A stretch of 63,960 nt of DNA, filler included, from Octopus bimaculoides (GCF_001194135.2; 6 parts of 5 records of this genome joined end to end with filler, not necessarily neighbours in it); one strand, 5' to 3'; shown: positions 25,911 through 38,961, counted from the first letter of the whole stretch. The notes: generated by a model from the sequence alone, not told the origin. Translations and numbers: made by a program.

Positions 25911-27769
25911 ATGCCACAGATCTACAAAAGGAAATCGGACCGTGAGAGTGGTGCAGTATTGCTTAATCGAGCAGCAAAAGCCGTCCAAGCGGAGAAGAGA
26001 GTTCGAGCTGCCGCACGAGCATTTGATGTAGACTGAATGACACTCAAATAGTTTATGGATAGACAGAAAAGTGATCCTCAAGGAGAAAGCAGATATAAGA
26101 ACTGTCGACTGAAGAACATAATATTTCGTCCAGAAATGGAAAGAGAGCTAGCAAATCATATAAAAACATTAGCAGCAAGCTATCATGGGCTTTCGAAAGG
26201 CAAATGTCGAAACCTAGCGTATGAATATGCTGTGAGGAACGAAATTGATTTTCCCAATAACTGAAAAACATGCAAAAAAAAAAAAAAAGTAAAGTTTCTG
26301 GCTGGGCTTCAAAAGTCATTATAACCTTTCCATTCGTAGCCCAGAGGCAACTTCATTAGCACGAGATACTGCGTTTAATCGTCATACTGTGGGCCTGTTT
26401 TACAATAACCTTGCCAAAGTAATGGATCAACACAGATTGAAGCACAGGACATATACAATCTTGATGAAATAGGATGCCACTGAAAGTCAAGCAAGTTGGC
26501 TCAGTCATATCGGGTGAAAGAGGTGAACTGGTGACTGTTGTTAACGCTATCAACGCCGGTAGTGGAGTGCTTCCCCGCATGAACTATCATGGTCATTTCA
26601 GACGTGGAGCACCAGTGGGTTCCGGTGGAGCAGTCACCAGATCAGGATGGATCAATGAAGAAACTTTGTGAATTACCTCGATCATTTCGTGAAACAAACA
26701 CGTTGCTCTCCAGACCAAAAAGTGTTGCTCATTCTACCAGATAGATAGTCATGAAACTCATGTTTCATTAGCAGCAGTTGAGAAGGTAAAGGCAAACGGC
26801 ACTGTGCTGTTAACGATTCCACCCCACCACCCCACACACACACGCACATATCCCACAAACTTCAACCCTTAGATAAGGTGGTGTATGACCCATACAAAAG
26901 GGCCTACTCATGAGCGATGGATGGATGCGACCCAATCCTGGCAAAACGGTGCCCATCTATTATGTTCCTCTGTTAGTGAACAAAGCTCATGTATCGTCTT
27001 GCGTTCCACGCAATATTCTGGCTGGTTTTCGGAGCACAGTAATTCTGCCATTTAATAGTGACATTTTTTTCAGATGGAGATTATGCACCAGCAGATGTCA
27101 CAGACAGAGAATATCATGCAGGTTCGGATCCAAATGGAAACACAGAAGGCCCAGCAAGGAACGCTGATGCACCCACAGTAGGCTCAGCAATGAACCCTGA
27201 TGCACCCACAGCAGGCCCAGCAAGGAAACATGATGACCCCCACAGCAGGCCCAGCAGGGGACCCTACTGTAAACACTGTGTCTGGTATTACAACCTCGGA
27301 TGCTGATCCATCATCATATGTATCACTCAGGAATATACAACCTTTACCTAAAGCAGGGCCCCGGAAGATGAAAGCTTCCAACAGAAAGAGAGGTGGCACC
27401 AAAATACTGACTGACACACCACCTAGAGATGAGATTGCAGCAGCAAAATTAGCCAGAGAAAGGAAAAATAAAGCCAAGAAACTCTCTGCCACAGCAAAGA
27501 AATCTCTATTCACAAAGACCACAAGAATCAAGAACAAAATGATGCCATATGATGACAGTACATCGTCCAGTGAAAGTGAGTCCGGGATGGAAATAATTTA
27601 TAACGACACTGATGACTCTGCAGAAGAGGATCAGAGTATCATCGAAGGCGATTTTGTCATAGACAAAGTCCCGGGGAAAAAATCGAGAATCTTTCAGTAC
27701 ATTGCAAGAGTTGATGCCTTTAAAGGTGATGAGTTTAAAGGAGTTTTTTTCGTCGGGTGTCGAGCGTGA
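25911..27769 (+). pseudogene. pogo/TIGD-like (HTH_psq + CENP-B HTH + DDE_1) transposase pseudogene
   Basis: MPQIYKRK..VRAAARAFDV, FRPEMERELANHIK..YHGLS..RNLAYEYA, YNLDE.G, ERGELVTVVNAINAG, GWINEE, HV..HISHKLQPLD and an acidic C-terminus. Many frameshifts. Confidence 0.85.
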
Positions 27770-27989
27770 ATGACCGCGTTATATTTGTTGTTCTATATTT
27801 CTTTGAACTTTAGACTCCTGGACTCCGCGTGATTCTTTGACTCGAGAAGAGTGTTGAAACTTGCCTTTCCCTGTGTTTTGCTTCATATTTGACTGTTTTT
27901 AGACTCTGATAGCAAATGTCATTGTATTTCCATTCACGAAATCATGTATAATTAGTCGACGATTGTACCAACACTGTATTATTGATCAG

Positions 27990-28450
27990 TAGCTGATCTT
28001 TACAGCCGTATGGGCCCTTGCAGCATCCCTTCTGCTCTTCTGGAAACAGGTTGTGTTCTTCCAGACGTTTGCTCAATCTCTACGATATTATTGTAAATTG
28101 TAGGGAGAAAAGTTATCGGTCTGTAATTTTGTGGGTTTGCCGTTTCAGTGGATTTGGGAATTAGAATAGTTTTCTCTTCCGTGAGCCATTCAGGCATTGT
28201 CTCTGGGTCTGCTAGTATTTCATTAAATTTCTCAGCCAGCTTTTTATGTATTCCTGTTAAGTATTTTAACTAGAAGTTGGGGATCTTGTCGTGCCCGGGT
28301 GCCTTCTAGTTGCTTAGTTTTTGCAGTGCCTGGGTGACCTCTTCAGTTGTTATATGGGTCGAGAGTTTTTCAAGTGCTGAGTTCGTTGTTTTAATAGACC
28401 TTTTCTGAGGTTGGATTGAAATATATTCTTCACGTGTCTATGCTTTTTTT
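27990..28450 (-). mobile_element. R4/Dong-type LINE RT N-terminal fragment
   Basis: PEWLTEEKTILIPKS..NPQNYRPITFLPTIY. Confidence 0.85.
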
Positions 28451-28714
28451 GATTTTATTTGCAGGACATCAGGAATAACGTCCGGCCCTTTATTTTGATG
28501 GTCATCATTTTCATAGTGTACCGGTCAGTTCATTTCTGGTGCTAAATGGTTTTACAAGCGTAGTTTTTCGTACTTTTTGTGTCACAAGTTTAAAGTACGT
28601 ACTTCCCGTTTGTTATCTTTGGGTTGAATGATACGTGTATTATTTAATTTATTTTTCAGTTTTTTGTGCATGGTGGTTGGGAACGGAAATGGTATGATGT
28701 TGATTGGATCGTAA

Positions 28715-28972
28715 TGTGGCGAGCGTGTTTACATATGTTGTGTTAGTGATGGAGATTACACACAGTTAAAATACATCATTTCATTTAATGAGTATTAATG
28801 AGTATTACTTACTCGGGTATAGTCCAACACTTTGTCAGTGTGGCGAGCGTGTTTGCATGTGTTATGCGAGTGACAGAGATGATACACAGTTAAAATGCAT
28901 CGTTTCATTCGGAAAATAGAAATAAGTTTTAATGAGTATTACTTACTCGGATATAATCCAATACTTTGTCAG
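28715..28972. repeat. Diverged two-copy tandem duplication (about 120-130 bp unit)
   Basis: TGTGGCGAGCGTGTTT…ACACAGTTAAAAT…TTAATGAGTATTACTTACTCGG…ACTTTGTCAGT occurs twice. Confidence 0.85.
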
Positions 28973-29078
28973 TTATTTTAGGTTCTATTTGTTGTCTTTA
29001 TTCCCGATGCTTTTGGATAGATTTTGGAACAGTGTTTTATCGCTCTCACATGTTAAATGACCCCAGTGTTCCTCTCTC

Positions 29079-29135
<57 letters not shown>

Positions 29136-29469
29136 CTTTTATTGGTATTGATACTACTACTTTTATTCTATCACTGTTCTTTCTCTTGTTGCATATACTT
29201 CTTATTATTCTTATTACCATTCATTAACAATATAATCATTATGAGCATTACCGTTGCTTGCTAATGAAAATATCTTTAGTCAGCATTCTCAATACTATAA
29301 AATGAAGCCTCGACAGGACTGGTTACGAAGAGAAAATTACTTTTATACCTAAATCTAGAGGAACTCTCAACAATAATGAAGTAAGCAGTCATGGTATTAT
29401 TAGTTCATTGTAACATTACCATGAATAACAATGATGATGGTGATGATGAAGATGATGATGACGTCGACG

Positions 29470-29760
29470 ACGATGACGATGATGGTTTCAAATTTTGGTA
29501 CAAGGCCAGAAATTTCGGGAGAGAGGGTAAGCCCATTACACCGACCTCAGTACTCAGCTTGTACTTATCGACTCCGTAAGGATGAAAGGCAAAGTCGACT
29601 TCGGCGGAATTTGAACTCCCTTGAATTTGAATTTCTTTGAATTTGAATTCCTATGAAAGAGAACTTGGCATCAAATTTTCGACCTGTAAACCAATAAACA
29701 TGGAGGAAATACTGCTAAGCATTTTTCTCGGCGTCCAAACGATTCCACCAGCTCGCCGCT
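29470..29760 (-). mobile_element. SINE family A copy (tail 3), interrupted
   Basis: Central domain and tail match family A; internal TTGAATTT repeats. Confidence 0.75.
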
Positions 29761-29762
29761 TT

Positions 29763-29811
<49 letters not shown>

Positions 29812-30056
29812 GATATGGTATTCATCAGCTGAAATTATCTATTTGTGATACCAGTGACTGATTAACTATTTCTTTTCTATATACCTGAAGACAGGAATTT
29901 TGTCTAAGCATGCGGTGGTAGTGGATACTTGCTACCGATGACGCGCAAATATGCAGAAATTACGTGATCTAGCAACTCCACTGCTGCTGGACATTTTTAC
30001 CTGCTAGCACTATGGATTTATACGAGATACCTTCTCAAGACTAATACCACCATAAG

Positions 30057-30098
<42 letters not shown>

Positions 30099-30486
30099 CC
30101 ACGCTAATAGCTCAGGAGTGAAATTTAGGATAAAATCATTAAAAGTTAACCAATTTTATCAGTGACCAACATATATAAAAAAAACCTTTTAGGTAAAATT
30201 CGTCTATCGATGTATAATTATATAGAAAATAATTATAATTAAGGGTACAGAAGTCACTGTGCCTATGTGCTAGAAAAAGACGCCAAATACATCCAACCAC
30301 TACAAGATTCACTTCAATATGCTCAGGTTGAAAGTGGGAAAAGTGGACAGACATTCCTAAGCTATTAGCGTGGTTTTGAGTGTATGTGTCAAATATGTTT
30401 GAGTGGATGATGACACGCGCAGACTTGTGTTGTCATAATAGCCATATGTATGTATATAAGTATACACACACATGTATGTATGTGTG

Positions 30487-30725
30487 AAGGCGTGTAGCTT
30501 AGTGGTTAGGCTGTTGCACTCTTGATCAATAGATCGTGGTTCAATTCCCTGATTGGGCGGCGCATTGTGTTCTTGAGCAAAACATTTCATTTCACATTGT
30601 TCCAATTCCCCTTCGATCAGGGGGTAGATTGTTGGCCTACTCGCCTAGCCAGCGGGTTGGCGTCATTTGAAGGCTAAAACAATATAAAAGCGCATTGTGA
30701 CCAGCGATGTGTAACAACATCGGCC
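30487..30725 (+). mobile_element. tRNA-derived SINE family D
   Basis: A box TAGCTTAGTGG, B box GGTTCAATTCC, and a TTGTGTTCTTGAGCAAAACA core. Confidence 0.75.
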
Positions 30726-30776
30726 ACGCTATCATATATGTATTTATACCATCTATGTATATTAGTATTTGTGTGA

Positions 30777-30807
<31 letters not shown>

Positions 30808-30916
30808 GTCAATCCAAACATGAACAAGCAAGAAAAAAAAAACAACAACTCGAGGACGTGGAATAAGTATAGTGTTATTGGACGCTCAGGAAAGGAAAGA
30901 AAAGAAAGAGGATTTC

Positions 30917-30942
30917 ACGTTTCGAGCGGAGCTCTTCATCAG
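30917..30942 (-). ncRNA. Minimal type-I hammerhead ribozyme-like motif (CUGAUGA-A-GAGC-ucc-GCUC-GAAACGU)
   Basis: Conserved core boxes, 4-bp stem II and palindromic stem III (ACGU). The position after ACGU is G, so this copy may be inactive. Confidence 0.7.
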
Positions 30943-31262
30943 AAAATAGGAAAAAATTAACTGTAGTATACCATTTACTGGAAAATTATAAGGTCTAAAT
31001 AATTTAAAACTAAAATACGTAATATATATAAGTTAAGCAAAACTTTTATAATTTAAACTATTTTCATTAATTAGTTTAATATTATTATAAATATGTAATA
31101 TACCCAATATAATCTCGTGTTAATATACACATTTAACTACTACAAATTATATCTACAATTAGTAACATAAAATAGGGTTTATATATATACACAAATTAGC
31201 TAAACTTATTATATAAGTAATTTAACTTATGTCCACATTTAATTTTACGTTCATATAGGGAA

Positions 31263-31663
31263 TTAATCAATTTTTTTATTATTAGTTAATAATATCTCCT
31301 TAAATTCATTAGTACATAATAAACAAAAATTACTACCTATTCGATAAGATTTTGCCTTACAAACTATCTCCCAATTTAAATTGTACTTAATATTTTTAGA
31401 TTTTAGTTCCCATATAAATTTGCTAAGACCAGTAGAATTAATTAAGCTTCTATTCTTAAAAGAATTCATGTGTTGAGCCACCCGTAATTTAATTTTATTA
31501 GAAGTCGACCCTATGTAAATAGTATTTAAATTATAATCATTCCTATTATTATCATCCATCAAAGTCACTACACATTTATATACTACATCTTCCAAATTAC
31601 ATTTATTATTAAATTTACATTTAGTTTTATCTCTACATGTACAGTTAATTATATTCTGGTCTA

Positions 31664-31730
<67 letters not shown>

Positions 31731-31838
31731 GGAATAATCATTAGATTTGTATTTGTAAAACTTATTCAGCTTAAATTTATTAAAAGAAGAAATAATATTA
31801 CCAACATTATTAGTAGTAGAATAACCAACTCCAAAATT
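31263..31838 (-). CDS. PLE ORF remnant: NFGVGYSTTNNVGNIISSFNK…(N)22…NCTCRDKTKCKFNNKCNLEDVVYKC…IYIGST…STGLSKFIWELK…CLLC…
   Basis: Manual translation extends the listed 110-aa ORF upstream through the (AAT)22 tract without a stop. It has a GIY-YIG signature (VY…YIG) and Cys motifs typical of PLE endonucleases. Confidence 0.85.
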
Positions 31839-31936
31839 ATATATATATAACGTGCGATGAGATACTCCGTTATTTTCTACTTATGGAGAAATTAGAATCC
31901 TGCTGGTAGTGGGGAGGGGTAATTTTTGCTGTTCAG

Positions 31937-32013
<77 letters not shown>

Positions 32014-32359
32014 ATGTACGGATCCGTGATGGAAAACTCAACAAAAAAAGTACGCCATCTGGTGAGAGATAAATATTATTATTTAAAGGTCACAATACAT
32101 GTATTAAAGCGCTACTAATAGCTTCATATGTTGAGAGACCTCAAACGTATTCTTCAGGCGCAAACCACATACCATAACGAACTAAAAACTTGAATAAATA
32201 GAAGAAACCAGATAAAACTGAGAAGGTAGCATATAGAAAAGCAGACAATAAACAACGGAAAACGAAAAACATAAAATGACACAATGTCAAACTACTTTAT
32301 TATCTCCCCTTCTTCCTAGCTCTCCTGTATGACCCCTATATCCAGCATTCGCCATGATC

Positions 32360-32500
32360 GATCGCTAGCCATTAAACATTAAAAAAAAATTTTCTCCCTG
32401 TTTATTTTTGTGTTCCCTTCTGTGGATGAGCATAGGCTCGAAACGTAAAAGACTTTCTCACTTCCCGAGCGTTGAATTAATACATCTGTTTGTTGTTTAC
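32360..32500 (+). mobile_element. Short non-autonomous PLE-related element with a variant hammerhead-like core (32420-32446)
   Basis: GATCGCTAGCC…CTGTGGATGAGCATAGGCTCGAAACGTAAAAG…CCCGAGCGTT; homologous to 42279-42450; runs into a gap. Confidence 0.75.
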
Positions 32501-34100
32501 NNNNNNNNNNNNNNNNNNNNNNNNNNNNNNNNNNNNNNNNNNNNNNNNNNNNNNNNNNNNNNNNNNNNNNNNNNNNNNNNNNNNNNNNNNNNNNNNNNNN
32601 NNNNNNNNNNNNNNNNNNNNNNNNNNNNNNNNNNNNNNNNNNNNNNNNNNNNNNNNNNNNNNNNNNNNNNNNNNNNNNNNNNNNNNNNNNNNNNNNNNNN
32701 NNNNNNNNNNNNNNNNNNNNNNNNNNNNNNNNNNNNNNNNNNNNNNNNNNNNNNNNNNNNNNNNNNNNNNNNNNNNNNNNNNNNNNNNNNNNNNNNNNNN
32801 NNNNNNNNNNNNNNNNNNNNNNNNNNNNNNNNNNNNNNNNNNNNNNNNNNNNNNNNNNNNNNNNNNNNNNNNNNNNNNNNNNNNNNNNNNNNNNNNNNNN
32901 NNNNNNNNNNNNNNNNNNNNNNNNNNNNNNNNNNNNNNNNNNNNNNNNNNNNNNNNNNNNNNNNNNNNNNNNNNNNNNNNNNNNNNNNNNNNNNNNNNNN
33001 NNNNNNNNNNNNNNNNNNNNNNNNNNNNNNNNNNNNNNNNNNNNNNNNNNNNNNNNNNNNNNNNNNNNNNNNNNNNNNNNNNNNNNNNNNNNNNNNNNNN
33101 NNNNNNNNNNNNNNNNNNNNNNNNNNNNNNNNNNNNNNNNNNNNNNNNNNNNNNNNNNNNNNNNNNNNNNNNNNNNNNNNNNNNNNNNNNNNNNNNNNNN
33201 NNNNNNNNNNNNNNNNNNNNNNNNNNNNNNNNNNNNNNNNNNNNNNNNNNNNNNNNNNNNNNNNNNNNNNNNNNNNNNNNNNNNNNNNNNNNNNNNNNNN
33301 NNNNNNNNNNNNNNNNNNNNNNNNNNNNNNNNNNNNNNNNNNNNNNNNNNNNNNNNNNNNNNNNNNNCAAAAGCCATCTTGAGTTTTATATTTAATTTTC
33401 TTACAACAGCTGTGATACTAATGACTCTGTTGTGTTTTCTCTAGTCAATCCAAATACTAATAAAAAGATCTTTATGTTTTTATCAGAGGCCTGAAATGAT
33501 TAGTTGTTTGCTGACGTCATCATTCCCTAACAAAATCCTTTGGGCTCTTGCAGTTATTTTCAGATCTGAATAGTGATTCAGTTTTAATTCCTAGGCAGTG
33601 AATTGGGTTTTGGAACGCTGTCAATATTATTGCTACAGGAACTCAGAAAAATCGAAGAGGACAATGTCTGTTTTCAGTTCTTTTAATCTTGTCGATCAGA
33701 CAACCTCTTTCTCCACAACCACGAAAGAGAAGAAACTGCCTGTCCTTAACGGGCAATGGAGGACGGTCGGCAATCTTTAAGATTGTGTTGACCGATTAGT
33801 TGGATCCGTTCTAAACTAAACCGAGCAAATCAAGTATCATGTAAACCGAAGTTCACGATTCAAGCAATGGTAGCCACGTTTTATCACTATGAAAACACGT
33901 GGCTTTGTGCCAGTGTAAGAATCATTATTTATCATCTTGATGAGGAGGAGCGTTGTAGATGGAGATAAATTACAATGACACTTGTTCCGTTAGGGACTTT
34001 CTGAAAAGCAACACACACAGAATGACCACACACCTACACACACACATATATACATACGCAAGCATAACGAAACATACGTGTGTGCGTAAGTGCATGTGTG

Positions 34101-34139
<39 letters not shown>

Positions 34140-34574
34140 ACACATAGATCTATGTCTCTCCCTTCTTTGCGGGGATATAACTCTTACGGCAACATTTCTG
34201 TGTTCTGTTGGCTAAGTTGCTAGGTTGTACACAGGCAAAAAATAAATAAATAAATAAAATAAAATAAACGATTCATCAAGTGGAAAGAAGACCATTAGAT
34301 TTGACAAACAAAAGCCAGAAAGAAACTAAAAATAACAATAATGATAATAATAGTCATGATAAAATAAAAGACGTAAAGAAAGAAAGGGAGAGAGAAAGAG
34401 AGAATGGAGAGAATAGAGATATCAAAGGGAGGTTACTGATGTAACCGGTGAGCATTTAGACGAGCCAGTAGCTTCCTGCCTGAACATCCTGTCCGTTCTG
34501 ACGACCAATCTTACCGGCCGCGTTTGCTTTAATAATGGTCATATCAGTACGCCAGCCGTTGTTAGACATATACG

Positions 34575-34663
<89 letters not shown>

Positions 34664-34995
34664 CACACACACACACGTACATACATACACACATATATGA
34701 TATAGAAACGTTAAAATAATACACCAAACCAAGCACTTCACAATCACCATGTTGCTGGCTACTCTCTTGTCTTCTTTTGATCTTGCCTCTGAAGTTCGAC
34801 GCTGTAGTACAGAGGAAGTGTTTTTCCTTTTTACAGACACCATTTATATGTTATCACTACACATATCACCTCATTAGTCTTACTCCCCTTGTCAAGAGCC
34901 TTCACCGATTACATACATTCATACATACATACATTCATACATGCATACTTACATTCATACATGCATACATACCTATATTAGTACATTACATTACA

Positions 34996-35042
<47 letters not shown>

Positions 35043-36536
35043 TTACACACAAACACACACACACATGCACAAATATATATATACATACATACANNNNNNN
35101 NNNNNNNNNNNNNNNNNNNNNNNNNNNNNNNNNNNNNNNNNNNNNNNNNNNNNNNNNNNNNNNNNNNNNNNNNNNNNNNNNNNNNNNNNNNNNNNNNNNN
35201 NNNNNNNNNNNNNNNNNNNNNNNNNNNNNNNNNNNNNNNNNNNNNNNNNNNNNNNNNNNNNNNNNNNNNNNNNNNNNNNNNNNNNNNNNNNNNNNNNNNN
35301 NNNNNNNNNNNNNNNNNNNNNNNNNNNNNNNNNNNNNNNNNNNNNNNNNNNNNNNNNNNNNNNNNNNNNNNNNNNNNNNNNNNNNNNNNNNNNNNNNNNN
35401 NNNNNNNNNNNNNNNNNNNNNNNNNNNNNNNNNNNNNNNNNNNNNNNNNNNNNNNNNNNNNNNNNNNNNNNNNNNNNNNNNNNNNNNNNNNNNNNNNNNN
35501 NNNNNNNNNNNNNNNNNNNNNNNNNNNNNNNNNNNNNNNNNNNNNNNNNNNNNNNNNNNNNNNNNNNNNNNNNNNNNNNNNNNNNNNNNNNNNNNNNNNN
35601 NNNNNNNNNNNNNNNNNNNNNNNNNNNNNNNNNNNNNNNNNNNNNNNNNNNNNNNNNNNNNNNNNNNNNNNNNNNNNNNNNNNNNNNNNNNNNNNNNNNN
35701 NNNNNNNNNNNNNNNNNNNNNNNNNNNNNNNNNNNNNNNNNNNNNNNNNNNNNNNNNNNNNNNNNNNNNNNNNNNNNNNNNNNNNNNNNNNNNNNNNNNN
35801 NNNNNNNNNNNNNNNNNNNNNNNNNNNNNNNNNNNNNNNNNNNNNNNNNNNNNNNNNNNNNNNNNNNNNNNNNNNNNNNNNNNNNNNNNNNNNNNNNNNN
35901 NNNNNNNNNNNNNNNNNNNNCTCCTCCTCCTCCTCCTCTTTCTTCTCTCTCCTCGTCCTCCTTTCTTCCTTTCCAACTGTCTATAGACAATGCATCGGAA
36001 AATATTAGTGCAACAACAACTAAAACAAAAATATATTTGGTGCTGCAGTGACTAATGTGAACAATGTTCTAATATCGCTATCATCATCATCATCATCATC
36101 ATCATTATTGTTGTTGTTGTTGATGATGTTCTTTCTTGCTTGACGATATCAATATCATCGATATGTATGTTTGAAGTTTTATTTATTTACCTTTTTTTTA
36201 TCTGTATACAAAAAGGAAGGAATCTTAGATTGGATCCAGCAACGTGAGGAGCTGTTATAGGTTATGAACTTAGAACCGCTGAAAGTACCGTATAGTATCG
36301 TATTTATTCGTGTATATAAATCGCACTCTGTGTGTAAATCGTAGCCCTAATAGCTATTGGTACCAAATATTTTCCCCTTCATAATTTTAGCTTTGCCTCA
36401 TGTACAAGTTACACCACAGATTTTTCAGTTAAACTCTAGTATCAGATAGTGTGACGTATGCACAAGTAAATTATGATAAATCTAAAACTGGCTTTTTACA
36501 AGATGGTATGTTCTTGAAATTCAGAATATCGCAGGT

Positions 36537-36780
36537 TAACTTCAGTTTGTTTTGTTGGTACGGTCTGAGGATGATATTTCATCAGAGGGACAGTGGGAAA
36601 TAAAATGAATACGGTCCTTGAAGGAAGCGTAGATATTTATGATTGATTTATTTGCAGCTTAATTTCAGTTTGCCTTGGCTCGGATTAGAGAAGATATTTC
36701 ATTAGGTAGACAATGTGAAATAAAGTGATTATGGGCCTTGAAGGTGTCGTAGGTGTTTATGATTGATTTATTTCCTGATC
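36537..36780. repeat. Diverged two-copy tandem duplication (about 120 bp unit)
   Basis: TTAA(C/T)TTCAGTTTG…GATATTTCAT…CCTTGAAGG…TTTATGATTGATTTATTT occurs twice. Confidence 0.8.
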
Positions 36781-36920
36781 ATTTTAGCAAGAAGGTGTAA
36801 TCAAGATAAAATAATATGCATAAAACCTACACAAGCTTGTGTGCTTCTGAAATCTGGAGTTTCATAGCTTAACTTCTGCTAGGGACACTCATGCAGATGA
36901 TATCGAAGGAAAGTCTCAGC

Positions 36921-38516
36921 TAGGCGCAGGCATGGCTGTTTTGTTAAGAAGCTCGCTTTGCAACCACGTGGTTTCCAGTTCAGTCCTATTGCATGGCATC
37001 TTCGGCAAGCGTCTTCTACAACAGCGCCAGGCAAATTGATAATTAGAGAGTGAATCTGATAGGCGGAAACTACGTGGAAGCCTGTCATATGCGTATGTGT
37101 GCGTGCGAGCACGCGCTGTGTCGTGGTGTTTGTTTGTCCTCTCACACCGCTTGACAAACAGTCTGGGTATGTTTACGTTTCTGTAACTTAGTGGTTCGAC
37201 AAAAGAGACTCATAGATTGATACCAGTCTTTTTTTTAATGAAAGCACTGATTTCGACTTGTTCGACTAAACCTTTCAAAGCGGTGCTCCAGCATGGCCAC
37301 AGAAACTTCACCAGAGGAGCAGATGAAAGATGTTCTGTGAAAATGTCTACGGAGATGGAAGAAAGCTGCAGTAACGAAAAACTCCAAGATAAGTGCAGGC
37401 GTGGTTCCCATAGGTGCAGGCGTGGCTATGTGGTAAGAAGCTTGCTTCCAAACCACATGGTTCCGGGTTCAATCTCACTGCGTGGCACCTTCGGTAAATG
37501 TCTTACTATAGCTTCGGGCCGACCAAAGTCTTGTGAGTGGATTTGGTTGACGGAAACTGAAAGAACCCCGTCATATGTGTGTGCGTGTGTGTGTGACTCT
37601 GTGTTTTTGTCCCTCACACCGCTTGACAACCGGTGCTGGTGTGTTTACTTTTCCGTAACCTAGCGGTTCAGCGTAAGATACCAATACAATAAGTACCAGG
37701 CTGTAAAAGAATAAGAAGTGCGGTCGATACATTCGACCGAAAATTCTTGAAGGCGGTACCCCAGCTTGGCCGCAGTCTAATGACTGAAGCGAGTAAAGAA
37801 AAAAGATATTTTGGAATCCATGTCAAAGGATCCCGACATTAATCCATCAAGAAGCCTGTTGCGGTTACCTGTTCTCGAACCTTCCCATTGTAAAGAAATT
37901 TATGCACGACATCCTAACATGAAAGAAAACGCTTGAAAGAAGAGTTCGCGTGTTTATTTCAAAGCAGAGGTCGGAAAACTTTTAATGTCATTGACCCCCT
38001 CCAAGGAATCGTTACTAACTTATCAGGGCCCACCATGTAGAGTTCTAAAACGAAATTAAGAAGTATACGCAGGTGTAGCTGCGGGCTAAGAAGCTTGCTT
38101 CCCAATCCGGGTTCAATGCCACTGCGTGGTGCCTTGGCTAAATATCTTGCCGACCCCTGCTCCAAATGTTCATCAATTATGGTAAAAGTTATGACGATGG
38201 CATTATATATGTATTCTGGCAAGTACTTTGGTAATCTGCTTTTGTAACAAGCACAATATTTCAGAATTTACAGAGAAAAGGAAATAAGATTCGATGACGC
38301 CTTCGCTTTATCTCAAAGATTTTATAGATTTATAAATTTTATAGGCGCAAGCGTGGTTGTGTGGGAAGAAGCTTGCTTCCCAACCACATGGTTCGGGTTC
38401 AGTCCCGCTGTGTGGCACCTTGGGCAAGTGTCTTCTACTATAGCCTTGGACCGACCAAAGACTTGTGAGTGGATTTGTTAGACGGAAACTGAAAGAAGCC
38501 CGTCGTACATATACAT

Positions 38517-38573
<57 letters not shown>

Positions 38574-38930
38574 NNNNNNNNNNNNNNNNNNNNNNNNNNN
38601 NNNNNNNNNNNNNNNNNTTAATTAATTAANNNNNNNNNNNNNNNNNNNNNNNNNNNNNNNNNNNNNNNNNNNNTATATATATACATATATATGTATATAT
38701 ACATGTATGTGTGTGTATGTTTGTGTGTCTCTGTTTGTCCTCCCAACATCGCTTGACAGCCGATGCTGGTGTGTTTACGTCCCCATAACATAGCGGTTCG
38801 GTTAAAGAGATCGATATAATAAGTACTAGGCTTAGAAAGAATAAGTCCTGGGGTCGATTTGCTCGACTAAAGGCGGTGCTCCAGCATGGCCAGAGTCAAA
38901 TGACTGAAACAAGTAAAAGAGAGTAAAGCG

Positions 38931-38935
<5 letters not shown>
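36921..38935 (+). mobile_element. Cluster of 3-4 co-oriented SINE family B copies (tRNA head + CCTTGGGCAAGTGTCTTCT CORE-like domain + internal (TA/CA)n + GCGGTGCTCCAGCATGGCC tail)
   Basis: Copies at about 36921-37300, 37411-37805, 38070-38160 (partial) and 38341-38935. Confidence 0.88.

Positions 38936-38961
<26 letters not shown>

Larger units (their letters stand above)
30808..31838 (-). mobile_element. 5'-truncated Penelope-like retroelement (linker + Zn motif + GIY-YIG + 3' UTR/pLTR), inserted in (TA)n
   Basis: Stop-free frame 31838-31263, hammerhead-like motif in the 3' region, and (TA)n at both ends (30783-30807 and about 31837-31849). Confidence 0.9.

Noticed and set aside
29880-30050. 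Possible exon ending at CAG|GTATAT (29885)
   Set aside because: All three frames hit stops before a usable acceptor.
32128-32150. Hammerhead-like relic TGTTGAGAGACCTCAAACGTA
   Set aside because: Several core positions are missing; too degenerate to support.
34440-34570. Short GC-richer minus-strand ORF MSNNGWRTDM…YWLV
   Set aside because: Only 37 codons, no acceptor and no recognisable motif.
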